NCBI GenBank assembly: GCA_051294375.1
Contig: CM119268.1
Coordinates: 3,700,981 to 3,764,980, forward strand
From: Paraspadella gotoi
Lineage: Eukaryota; Animalia; Chaetognatha
Direction of reading: 5' to 3'
Length of the DNA: 64,000 bases
The number at the start of each line of letters is the position of its first letter. The stretch's first letter is position 1. Below the pieces are notes generated by a model that made no database searches, was not told the DNA's origin, and saw only the letters and a program-made list of their open reading frames with translations. Positions 27,348 to 46,288 of this stretch are shown piece after piece. The translations under genes were made by a program, and so were the position numbers.

Positions 27348-27844
27348 TTCGACTGACCATTTGTCTTCCCGTCGACCGAATTCTTTTTTTCCCCGATAGA
27401 GGGAGCGGCCCTTTTCGCTGCCGCGGTCGGCTGCAGCAGATTGCGGAAGATCGCCGCCGCTGATTTCTGAGGCGGACTCCTGCGGAATTTCGCTGCGGCT
27501 GGCGAGTCTCCGCTGCGGTCGCTGCGGTTCCTGCGGTCGCTCGACGTCAGAGATCGATGTTATGATTGATCGCTTTACCACGTGTCCGCATTTAGTACTG
27601 GTTACTTATTCCGTTTCTTTATGCGTTAAAGTCAATTTTCTTTATTTCTGTTGTTATTTTCCAAGTTTACAAGATAACAGGTCGTACGGAGATTAGCTTA
27701 CAAATTATTTTAACTTTAAAACATACAAGTATTAATGCTGGAGTCGATTTCAAATTAGTGGATTTCAAAATAGATGAAACTAGAAGAACGAGCGCCAAAT
27801 TGACGACTTGGTACATTGTATTATCGCAAAACAGCAATTCAGAA

Positions 27845-28065
27845 TTGTTTATGATATTTAAAACTTTTAAATTATATTTAATAAACCGTTTGCTGATATT
27901 AAAACTTAAATTAAAATTTAAAAATCCATTTATGATTAGTTTAAAACTTTAAATTAAATTTTAAAAAACCGTTTATGATATTTTAAAACGTTTTAAATTA
28001 AAATTTAAAAATCGCCATTTATGTTATTTTAAAACTTATTAAATTAAATTTAAAAAACCGACGTT
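27845..28065 (+). repeat. ~40-bp AT-rich minisatellite (core aaccgtttatgatattttaaaac), ~5 units
   Basis: Recurring tttatgatatt/taaaactt and ttaaaatttaaaaa blocks. Confidence 0.75.
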
Positions 28066-29800
28066 TAACCCTTTAAACACTTTTTTTAGTCCTCAAAAAA
28101 ATAAAAAAAACCTTCTCTCGTTTCTAAAAACTCAAACCTTCTTTTTCTCTATTCGTGTTCTTCATGTAAATCGTTTATGTATCTCTTCTCGCTTCCTCCA
28201 CTTCCTCCCCTTTCCTCTTTCCACGCTTTTCCTTTGCTTTTTTCTACGCCGAGGTTTAATTTTTTCGGATCAAATTTTTTTTTTTCCTTTTCCTTGTTTT
28301 GCTTTTTTGTTTTCTTCAAAAGATTTTTTTTTTTTTTTCTTTTTTTTTCCCATTCTTTCTATTTTTTTGGCTTTTAACTGTGTTTTCTTTTTTTTAATTC
28401 TAGTATCTCTGCAAGTTCTTCCTTTGTTATCGTAACTCGTGTATTTTCTAGTCTACTTTTTATTTCTTTTTTCATTTTAAAATATTCCCGTGAAGCTTTT
28501 TTAATTTTGCTTCCATATTCTCTTTTCATTCTTTTCCTTCTCTTTTTTCTTAATCCCTTCCTTCGTATCCTTTCAACTCCCATTTATCCTTCCCTCCTTT
28601 CTTTCTTTTCTTTCTTTTTCAATCAATAACTGCCCTTTCCTTCCCTTTTCTCCCCATTTTACTCCCTTCCTCTTCCTCTCCTCTCCTTTTCCTCCCCTTT
28701 CCTCCTATTTTTCCTATTCCTCTCTGCTTCTTACCTTTCCTTACCTTCCCTTTTCCACCTTTCTCCCCTTTCCTCTCCTCTCTTTCGTCCTTTCCTCCCC
28801 TTTATTCTCCTATTTCCTTCCTATTCCTCTCTGTTTTTCCTTTCCTTTCCTTCCCTTTTCTCCCCTTTTTTCCCCTTTCCTCTTCCCTCTCTCCTTATTC
28901 CTCCCCTTTCTCCCATTTCTCCCATTTTCTCCCCTTTCCTCTCCTTTCTTCTCATTTTTCTTTCCTTTCCTCCTCTTTTTTCTTTCCGGGTTCAGTTCCT
29001 CACCGCCTAATGCCCGTTTTCGCGCTTCCGACTTCAAAGAAAATTCGTCCAACCAAAATCTTTATCCGTTTCCTTTTGGTTCGCTGGTTCTCCCATTCTC
29101 CGATATTCGTGAGATTCTCCTATTTAGATTCAGTTTTTTCCCGTTAAGTTTCCCATGAGAATTTTTACTGCTAGAAAAACAATTCTCCCACACCTGCCCA
29201 ATCATGCGACATTTTACAAATCTATGTAGATTTTCCCGTTAAAGGGGGATTCTGCCCATTCAAAAAAAAGTTCCTTCCATTCAAGGAGAATTTTCTACCT
29301 CGGTGATTCTTTCGATTCTTTTCTTTTCTCTTTATTTTTTTATAATATTTCCTTTTTTTTTCTTTTATTCCCCTTCTATGTTTTTATTTCTTTCTCTCTT
29401 CGTTTTCCCTCAACAGATACTATTATTTATAAAGAATATTAAGAAGAACTCTAACAGTTTAAACAACGTAACAGAAAATGTGTTTTTGATTTGAAGGACA
29501 AATTATAATCACTGACAGTGATGTTTAATAATTAATGTCGGGAATATATATTAAACAATATTTAGACTTTATTCTTCTTTTCTTTCCTCCGTCACATTTC
29601 GCTTTCCCTTCCTTCTTCCTCCTCCTTCCTTCTTATTATCAGATTCCCTTTTTTTTCTTTTTACGATTATTGTGTCTCCAGATGTCAACATCGTCGTCAT
29701 TGACGTCGTCGTTCTTGAAAGAAAGAAAGAGAGAAAGAAAGAAAAAAAAAGAAAGAGAGTAAGAAAGAAAAAAAGAAAGAATGAAAGAAAGAAAGAATGA

Positions 29801-29880
<80 letters not shown>

Positions 29881-32800
29881 AAACTAATATATGGAGAGGC
29901 AACTGTAGTATAAACCTAAGAAGGTCACCGTATGTGTTACAATTGTTACAATTGTTATTTAAAATTAGTAATGACAAATATGCTAGGACAATAATTTAAA
30001 TAAGTATTTAAAAACAAAGAGAGAAGGACAGATAGAGACAGAGTAATCGTAGGACGCGAAAGAGAGAGAGGAAATAAAAAGATCAAAAATGCTTTTAACT
30101 CGTCCTTCCNNNNNNNNNNNNNNNNNNNNNNNNNNNNNNNNNNNNNNNNNNNNNNNNNNNNNNNNNNNNNNNNNNNNNNNNNNNNNNNNNNNNNNNNNNN
30201 NNNNNNNNNNNNNNNNNNNNNNNNNNNNNNNNNNNNNNNNNNNNNNNNNNNNNNNNNNNNNNNNNNNNNNNNNNNNNNNNNNNNNNNNNNNNNNNNNNNN
30301 NNNNNNNNNNNNNNNNNNNNNNNNNNNNNNNNNNNNNNNNNNNNNNNNNNNNNNNNNNNNNNNNNNNNNNNNNNNNNNNNNNNNNNNNNNNNNNNNNNNN
30401 NNNNNNNNNNNNNNNNNNNNNNNNNNNNNNNNNNNNNNNNNNNNNNNNNNNNNNNNNNNNNNNNNNNNNNNNNNNNNNNNNNNNNNNNNNNNNNNNNNNN
30501 NNNNNNNNNNNNNNNNNNNNNNNNNNNNNNNNNNNNNNNNNNNNNNNNNNNNNNNNNNNNNNNNNNNNNNNNNNNNNNNNNNNNNNNNNNNNNNNNNNNN
30601 NNNNNNNNNNNNNNNNNNNNNNNNNNNNNNNNNNNNNNNNNNNNNNNNNNNNNNNNNNNNNNNNNNNNNNNNNNNNNNNNNNNNNNNNNNNNNNCTATTT
30701 ACCTAGAATATGACCCAAAACACTAGGGCTTCGAAAAAATGCAAAGCCGGGTTCTAAAATTCCAGGACCTTCTAATCGCGAATATAAACTATGTATTGAT
30801 ATCGACTTCATCCTGATGCGCAAATAAATTGCCTTCGTTTTAGTCAAGATAGAAATAATTAATGGTTTATTACATATTTTCTAATACAGATGATCGTTTA
30901 AAGGATATGCTACAATACATCCAATTATTAGTCATCTTTAATTTTTTTTAAATCCGTTGCTTAATTTAAATATATTCCTTGATTGATTTCACTTGTGATA
31001 AATTTCTTCAAAATTAAACTAAAAGGTTTTTTTTTCCTTTTTTTTCACAGAATGTTTATTCAAAGACGATAGCTAGTCTCCTTCGAACAGTCCTTCACAG
31101 TAATCCTGTCAGAAGGCTGCTTTCTTTTTCACGCATTTTCTTCTTCTTTTCAAGTCTCACTAGTTTCTTCTTTTATTTTCGATGATCTTTTGTTCGATAT
31201 TTTTTTTGACATTCGTTTCTGTCTCAGTTTCGTCTCAAGACCATTTTTAATTATTTACATTTTTTTCTCTCCTTGGTTCCTTTTTTAATTAATTTTGCGT
31301 ACAATAAAATCTGTATCCTTTTTTCTCTTTCTTTTTTTGTACATTTCCTTTATTTAAAAAAAATTTAAAAAGTGAATAAAAAGTTCCATCCTAAAGGAGG
31401 AAAAGACACAACTATGAATTTCACAGATACAAGAGAAATGGCGGGAAAATATTGACATGATCTTTGTAGATACAATATTTTTTTTAAAAGGTAAGAATTT
31501 TCGGGTTTTCGGGTTTTAAAAGGGCAAACGTGAATCGGGATTGAGATGAGTGAGAGAGTCACAGATCCACGTTGGATGTGAAAGAGACGTTGATTTCGAG
31601 TAACAAGACTAGCAGAGATTGCGCCATGCTAGTTTGCAGTAGTTAACAGATGCCGGTTAGAAGTTGGCGAGTGAATATGTCCAAGGGATGAAGAATGAAG
31701 GGTTAGGGGGATAAAATGGTCACAGTGAATGGTGGCAAAAGTCATACGAAAAAAATGTAGCAAACAAAAAGAATTTATTTTCCGGCATCGACTTTTTTTG
31801 TTCGTGTCGGTAACGAAGTGGAACAATTGGCAGCGGAAAGGAAATCTAGAATGGCAAAAGAGAGACAAGAGAGACAGAGAGGAGAGAGAAGAAGAGAGAG
31901 AGAAGAAGAGAGAGAGAGATAATAGATAGATAGATATATAGATAGATTAGATAGAGAAAGAAGAGAGAGAGAGAGAAGCAGCAAAAAAAACAAATACACC
32001 CATGAATCTGAACAAATATAAAATCTACAAAACAAACATACTGGTATAAAGAAAATTAAAAAAACTCTCGATTCAGACTCCAAAAAAAAAAAACCAGAAA
32101 AAAATCCCAAATTTTCTTCTTTTTTTGCGCTTTTTGACATAAACGAGGATCGAAATCCTCCGCTCCTCCCCTTCCTCTCCCCTTCACTTCCATCCTTCCT
32201 CCTCTTCCTCTCTCATTTCCTACATCTTCCACACTTCTTTCTCTCCCTCTTCCTCCTCCCCTTCATTTTCCTTCCCTTCTTCTCCCTCTCATTCTCTTCC
32301 TTTATCTTCCTCCGCTTTTTCCTCTTCCCTTTATCTTCCTCTCCCTCTTCTTCCTCCTCTTTATATTCTTCCTCTTTTTCCTCTTTCCTCTTCTTCCTCT
32401 TCCTCCTCTTTTTCTTTTTCATGTTCTTCTTCCTCTCCTCTTTTTCCTCCCTTCTACTTCTCCCCTTCTTCCTCTACCTCTTTATATTAATCCTCTTTTC
32501 CTCTTCTTCATCTCCCCTTCTTTCTCTTTCCTCTCTCTTTTCCTCTTCCCCTTCATCTTCCTCCTCTTTTCCTCTCCTCACTTCCTACTTCCCTTCATCT
32601 TCCTCCCCCTCTCCTCTCCCTCTTTTTCCTCCTTCCAATTTCTTCTTTTTTCTTTCCTTCGTGTCAATTTCCTTCACTTCTTTCCATTTGGTTACATTCG
32701 CTCACAAATTCTCTCCTTGCGATGGTTTTGGTCTAATTACGTTTTTCGCCAAATGCAGTTTTAGTAGTAATTCATATAGTTATTCATAATATTTTTAACT

Positions 32801-33118
32801 TTTACTTTTTTCATTACCGGCTATAATTTTTGTCATTTTCACTAAAAAATTTGTTCTTTTAATCTTTACTTTCTATTAGGTTTATTATTTAATCTTTAAT
32901 ATTTTCCCCTTTTAAAATTCATCCCTTGATCACTAATCCAATTTGTCGATTTAACATTTCACCCTACAACTCCATTTGAGTCATTATGGCAACTTCTCAC
33001 ACCATTATGATTTTGCCACGACATTCTACTTTACCAAATGGCTATTTCACCCCATAACGATGGAGAGACTTCACTCCCCCCTAGCGAATCGGCCACTTCC
33101 GTCTCCTTCATACATTCA

Positions 33119-39330
<6,212 letters not shown>

Positions 39331-39332
39331 TG

Positions 39333-39388
<56 letters not shown>

Positions 39389-39391
39389 TCA

Positions 39392-39433
<42 letters not shown>

Positions 39434-40512
39434 TTTTTTCACTTTCAAAGCATCGGCGAAGCCTCAAGCGCGAAACTGAATCAAATCATCTGCATCATTG
39501 TCGCCACATGAGGTAGTCGGCGCCAGCTTCTAATGCACTGCCTGCGGGTGGCGTCCTTTTACGGGAAAGGGACGAGGGCAGAGATGAGGACGACGAGAGA
39601 ACGAAGCAGCAGCCAGAGAGACGAGACGACGAGAGCAGAGCGCGAGACCGACGAGAGAGAGCAGAGAGAGAGAGGACCGCGAGCAGAGGAAAGTGAACCG
39701 CCATCACACCGAAGCTGGCTTTCTCGCCGAGCTGCGCAACAGAGACGACAGCATTTGGTTCACACCACGTCTCTATACGACGAACGCAGACGAACGCACC
39801 ACGGCACGAAAGCCCACGCACGCACGCAGACACACGAGCGCACGCACGAGGAGCACACGACGACGCAGGACCACGAGCCCACGCCAGGCACCGACCAGAG
39901 ACCGCACGACGCCACGAGGAGGCAGACCCGCACCGACGACACCGCACCGCACGACGAGAGCCCCGCCCACCACACACACGCACGAGAACACACACCGCAC
40001 ACGCACAACCTCGGCACGACCACCACACGAGCACGCTCGCTCCTCACCTCACGGCACGCACGCACGCACGACCAACAGACACAACTCGCTCTCATCACGC
40101 ACACGCACCGCACAGCAAGACCCGCAGCACGGAGATTGGAATATAGCATATTTCAACTAACTTCCTCTCCGTCGCACGCCTCGTGTATCCCCTGCTCGCA
40201 GCTCGCGCCACACCCACAGACGCCGCGCCCGCGCCCGCCGCGCTGGTGAGAGGAAGCCCAAGAAGGCAACACCTCCGCCCCAAACATTCCCTAGGGGCCG
40301 AAAGTCCAAACCCCCAAAGAAAATATCTCTCGTCTCACGTCCCCCCTCTCCCTCTCCCCTCCTCTCTCTCTCTCTCTCTGCCTCCTCTCTCTCCTCTTGG
40401 ACGCTCGTCGAAGACAGTCTGTTCTCTCTCCATCGTTTTTTCGAGTTCCTTTTTCNNNNNNNNNNNNNNNNNNNNNNNNNATCTCTCTCTCTCTCTTCTC
40501 TCTGCTCTCTCT

Positions 40513-40592
<80 letters not shown>

Positions 40593-40688
40593 TTTCAAAG
40601 CATCGCGAAGCCTCAAGCGCGAAACCTGAATCAAATCATGCATTCATTGTCGCCACATTGAGTCGGCGCCATATTTCTTCTTTTACGA

Positions 40689-40780
<92 letters not shown>

Positions 40781-40858
40781 CAGAGAAGTGAAAGCCATCA
40801 AACGAAGTGGCTTTTGCGAGCGCAAAGAGAAAGATAGGTAAAGTTATATAGAGAAAAC

Positions 40859-40944
<86 letters not shown>

Positions 40945-41175
40945 AAAGACGAGAGAAACTGAGAAAGAGAGTGTTATATGAGAGAGAGAGAAAAGAAAAT
41001 TGTTATAGAGAGAGAGAGAGAGAGCGAGATGAATAGCACTTTTCCATATTCTTTGACGCTTTGTTGTGAGTGCGACAAAGAGCGGGGGCGTGGAGAGAGA
41101 AGAAGAAGGCAGACAAAATTGTAGGGGGAAAGTAAAAAAAGAGAATATCTCTCTCTTCTCTCTCCCCCCTCTCTC

Positions 41176-41245
<70 letters not shown>

Positions 41246-41990
41246 CCGAGTCTTTTTCAAGGATTTCTTTTTCCCTTTTTACGCAAAAGATCCATTTTTT
41301 TTTCAAATCTTTCCAAATCAATCGCGAAATAAAAATTGTTGACGTTATTGCTTGAACTCTTTAAGGAAATTAAACCAATGACGAGACGGTTTCAGAGAGT
41401 GTTAACACAATGGTAACGTTTACTTTTCAAAACAAAAGTTTAATTGACTAAACCTTTCATTACTACGTTATGATTTTTTCCCGTCGTAACCTTTTCTCCA
41501 TTAAATTTTTTCGTTTTAAAAATTATATTAATAATTCACTTCTCAGTCTTTCTATCTCTTCTCGCTTTTCTTTAACTATTCTATCATCTCTCTCTCTCGC
41601 TCACCTTCTTATTCTCTCTGCTCTAAGTGCATAACTTTGCATCGCATGAATTATGAAGGAAACATCGATTTAAGAAAGAAGAGAGGAGATGAGTTTCGTT
41701 GCTTAATATATTTTATATTAGATTATATTTCAAATCTAAACGTTATTTTATTTTATTTTTTTTCATTAATAACAAAAACGATATTAACCACAATTGATAA
41801 ATACAAAAACAGCAACGTTTATTTATTCATTCATTGTCATTCCCGATGAAATTTTAAACAAATTTACCAAATTTAATGTTAAATGTTCTTTGGTTTTTTC
41901 TTTCTTTTTGGTAGCGTTAATAGTTCGAGGTAGAAAAATTAAATGTTTTTTTTTGGTGATAATCCTTTCTTTTTCGTTTGTTATTTAATA

Positions 41991-42813
41991 ATTAGAGAAA
42001 AAACAAAGTGTTTTGGTATTTTGTGACAACGATTTTATTTTTAATAGACGGACATGCTTAGACTCTTTGGTTCGAGTCTTCATCAGGCATTTGCAAATGC
42101 TCGAACCCAAAGAGTAAGGCGTAGTAAAATTTCTAAATTTAACTTTAATTAAAAATTCTAAAAGTGAGGAACGAACAACATTATACTAATGAACATATAT
42201 AATATATATTAAAAAATTTATAATAAATTTTACAATTTACGCAGTAGGCCATATTTTATATTAGTACTAATTCAATAAATGTTAAAATTTCAAAAGCATT
42301 TTTTTAAAGTTTTTTTTTGCAGATTTGGATTTGTCATAAAAAGTTGATAAAAAGAAATATAACCCTTTTTGAAAAATTCTTCATTAGTGGGTCAAAAATT
42401 AAAAAAAGCTATATTTTAAGCTGAAAAATTAACTTTTTATATATTAAATATAGTTTTTTTAATTTTTAACCACTGTAATGAAAGAATTTTTAAAATAAAT
42501 TAATATTTCCTTTTATCAACTTTGACGAGGAATTCAATCATTCGCAATCAAAATATAAGAAAAGCCTATTTTGAAATTTTTCATTTTATAGATAGTACTA
42601 TATAGTAAATATAGCCTACTGCGAAAATTAAAAAAACATAAAATAATTTTTTTTTTACAAATTAATGTTTACTGATGGTATGTTTGTTTCATAATTTACT
42701 TTTAGAATTTCCATACGTAACTTTCACTACGCCTTACCAAAGAATCGAAACAAGTCCGTCTATTAAAAATAAAATCGTTGTCACAAATACAAAAACACTT
42801 TGTTTCTCTCAAT
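41991..42813. mobile_element. ~820-bp imperfect fold-back made of two diverged ~410-bp arms; probable Penelope-like pseudo-LTR relic
   Basis: Reverse-complement matches: 41993-42053 with 42754-42810; 42114-42132 with 42720-42737; 42238-42270 with 42593-42627; 42340-42362 with 42501-42525; 42371-42420 with 42441-42492. The centre is at ~42430. Confidence 0.7.
42046..42092 (-). ncRNA. Degenerate minimal hammerhead ribozyme motif (Penelope type), probably inactive
   Basis: The minus strand (cleanest in the 44484-44530 copy) reads aaaug-CUGAUGA-a-GACUC-gaacccaaa-GAGUC-UAAG-C-AU-GUC-cgucu. The GAAA box is mutated to UAAG, but the opposite arm keeps GAAUC-GAAAC-AA-GUC-cgucu at 42742-42761. Confidence 0.55.
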
Positions 42814-43044
42814 GTTTTTTTTTTAATTTACTACGACTTTTATGGTTTTTTTTTGTTTCATAATAAAAGTTGTATGTTTAAAAAAAAGCAATTCATGTTA
42901 GAATGTTATATTTTTTAAGAGATCCAAAAATGTCACTCCGTCTCTTTCCCATTAGACGCCTTTATGTTTTCAAAAGGTGGCTTTTTCCCTCAAAAATTTC
43001 AAGTCGTAAATTTTGTGGGTTTGAAAAAAGCAATTGGAAGAGAG

Positions 43045-43095
<51 letters not shown>

Positions 43096-43488
43096 AGGAG
43101 AGAGAGAGAGAGAGAGGAAGAGAGAGAGAGATTTTTCCGAGGCACCTCTACGTGATACTTTTATCGTCGACAGAAGTATTTCCTCTTTTCAGTTTTATTG
43201 TCTTGCTATTATTTTTTCCTCGTCTTTCTTGTTTTGGGGATTCTCTCTACTCTCGTGTGCTCTCTCTCTCTCTCTCTGTCTCTTCTCTCTCGTAGGCTCT
43301 CTCGCTACTTCTTCTCTCTTCCATTGTTTTTTTACTATGGCAACAGAGAGAAGAGGCGCCCGCGAAGTCACAATTTAACTGAAGTTCTTCCTTTTATTGC
43401 TTTTTTCTTTCTTCTCCTTTTAAGTTTTTTCACCTCTTTTGTTTTATGTCTTTTTCGTCGTCGACAACACTTAATCTAGCTGATCATT

Positions 43489-43526
<38 letters not shown>

Positions 43527-43659
43527 AGAGTGAGAGAGAGAGAGAGGAGGAGGACATTTTTCCATCTTCTTCATAAACATCATAATTATAATCAGCATCG
43601 TCATCCATTGTTTATCTTTAATACTTCAATAGTTCAGCTATCCTTCCACCCAGTCAACG

Positions 43660-44586
43660 AATATCTCTCTCTCTCTCTCTCTCTCTTTTTCGAGTCTTTT
43701 TCAAGGATTTCTTTTCCCTTTTTCACGCAAAGAATCCATTTTTTTTTCAAATCTTTTCAAATCAATCGCGAAATAAAATTGTTGACGTTATTGCTTGAAC
43801 TCTTTAAGGAAATTAAACCAATGACGAGACGGTTTCAGAGAGTGTTTAACCAATGGTAACGTTTACTTTTCAAACAAAATTTAATTGACTAAACCTTTCA
43901 TTATCTACGTTATGATTTTTTTCCCCTCGTAACCTTTTTCTCCATTAAATTTTTTCGGTTTTAAAAATTATATTAATAATTCACTCTCAGTCTTTCTATC
44001 TCTTCTCGCTTTTCTTTAACTATTCTATCATCTCTCTCTCTCGCTCACCTTCTTATTCTCTCTGCTCTAAGTGCATAACTTTGCATCGCATGAATTATGA
44101 AGGAAACATCGATTTAAGAAAGAAGAGAGGAGATGAGTTTCGTTGCTTAATATATTTTATATTAGATTATATTTCAAATCTAAACGTTATTTTATTTTAT
44201 TTTTTTTTCATTAATAACAAAAACGATATTAACACAATTGATAAATACAAAAACAGCAACGTTTATTTATTCCATTCATTGTCATTTCCCGATGAAATTT
44301 TAACAAATTTACCAAATTTAATGTTAAATGTTCTTTGTTTTTTCTTTCTTTTTTGTAGCGTTAATAGTTCGAGGTAGAAAATTAAATGTTTTTTTTTGGT
44401 GATAATCCTTTCTTTTCGTTGTTATTTAATAATTAGAGAAAACAAAGTGTTTTGGTATTTGTGACAACGATTTTATTTTTAATAGACGGACATGCTTAGA
44501 CTCTTTGGGTTCGAGTCTTCATCAGCATTTGCAAATGCTCGAACCCAAAGAGTAAGGCGTAGTAAAATTTCTAAATTTAACTTTAA
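43660..44586 (+). repeat. Duplicate of ~41143-42146
   Basis: Near-identical sequence from gaatatctctc through aaatttaactttaa, ending at a 25-N gap. Confidence 0.88.
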
Positions 44587-46243
44587 NNNNNNNNNNNNNN
44601 NNNNNNNNNNNCGGCTGTTTTTTATAAAGTTTATATATGCACCCATAACTTAAGTCAAGTCGGACAAATTATTTTTATAATTTTTGAAGGTGTTGTAGCC
44701 AGCATAATTTTTTTAAATGTAATTTAAAATTCTAATAATTGATGGGTTTATTCTTGTTCTCTTTTTTTTTGAACCTCAGTTCCCCTTAAATCGAGCACGT
44801 CATCGAATCATTTCCTAAACGATTCCTTTAATCTCGTTCGGCTCAAGAGATTACAACCAGTTTCCCTTAATCCTTTATATTATCTAGTGTTTTGGTTCGC
44901 CATTTTTGAGTAGGAAATGATTGGAATTCCTTTGGCCTCCGAGGAGACGCCCACCATAAGGGAAGCTTTCAATTTCGGTCGAAAAAAAAAATTCTATCCC
45001 CGAATGCGGGGAAAAAGGAGGGAAAGTTCAGTCAAAAGATATAGAGGTCAAATGAGTTTTAGAGAATTGTGAGATTGATGAATGATATGCGAAAAAAAAC
45101 ATAATTTAGGAAAAAAAACATCTTTAACTATAATATGTTCGTCTCCAAAATTTATTTTTTCAAAGATAACACAATTTTTTTCTCATCTTTCCCTTATTTC
45201 CCCAAATCTCCACATGTACTAATTATTTTCCTACTAGTATCATCATTACGACTTCCTCTATTTCTCTCTCCCTCTTTCTCTCTCTCTCTCTTTTCCACAT
45301 ATTTCCCGACCGTCCGCCCCATTTTTTTTCAAATTTTCGGCCTTCCTACATTTTTCGTGTGTGTTATGGCGCCATTTTATCATCGGACGCGGGTCTCCCC
45401 TTAAAAGTTCGTACTTCGCTCTCCTCCTTTTTTTGGCTTCAAAAACGTTTTTTCGATCGCAAACCCAACCATTCATTTCTAATGGGTGGGTATACTTAAT
45501 GTTTTTTCGATTATTTTATAGCGTCAATTACCAACTTCAAATTTAGTCCATAAAATACATTTTTTGGAAAAGAAAACAGTGGAACCACAAATTCTTTAAA
45601 CAATAGGGTTTTTAATTTAAACCTTGCGCGACATCAGATTGTACAGAGTGTACATCCTAATATCATGTTACATTTAACCTAAAATCTAAAACAAGTACCC
45701 ACGTTTGGTTCAAAAAAAAAACTTTTTAAAATCATCATAAAAAACCAGTTTTCAAATGTTTATTTGAAAAAAAAAAAGTTCTTTTGACTCCAACAAAGAA
45801 AACCGAGAGATAACATCGATTTTTTCCATATCAAACTTTTTAAAAAAGTAAGAAAAAGAAAGTCAAACTAACGGAAAGACTTTTCTATTTTTTTTGCTCT
45901 TTTTTTCGTCGATTCGTGCCTTTCATTTTTTCTCTCACTTTCCCCTTAATTTTCTTTCCCTTGTATTCCCTTTTCAACTCCTTTTTTCCATCTGTTTCTT
46001 TGTTTCTTTTCCCCAAAATCTTTACTTTTCTTCTTCCCCTTCTTTTCCGTCCTTCCTTTGTCCCCCCATATTTTTCCTCTCTTCTCCCACTTCCACTTTA
46101 ACTTTCCATTTTCCTTTCCCCTTAACTCCACTTCCACTTCCACCTTTTAACTTTCTCCACTTCCCTTTTCGCTTTTCCTTCTTCCTTCTTTTTTCAACCC
46201 TTCCACCCCACCGTCCTACTCTCTCTTCTCTCTTCTGCTCTGT

Positions 46244-46288
<45 letters not shown>

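Noticed and set aside
39533-40249. 238-aa His/Thr/Arg-rich ORF and overlapping ORFs
   Set aside because: 39440-40455 is a noisy re-read of 40590-41260 (shared anchors gaagcctcaagcgcgaaac, aaagtgaa..gccatca, tttt.cgagt.ctttt) ending at a 25-N gap. The CA/CG-rich middle looks like degraded base-calling of GA repeats.
41345-41360. ttattgcttga, resembling the 5' half of miR-137
   Set aside because: The match stops after 11 nt and there is no precursor hairpin.
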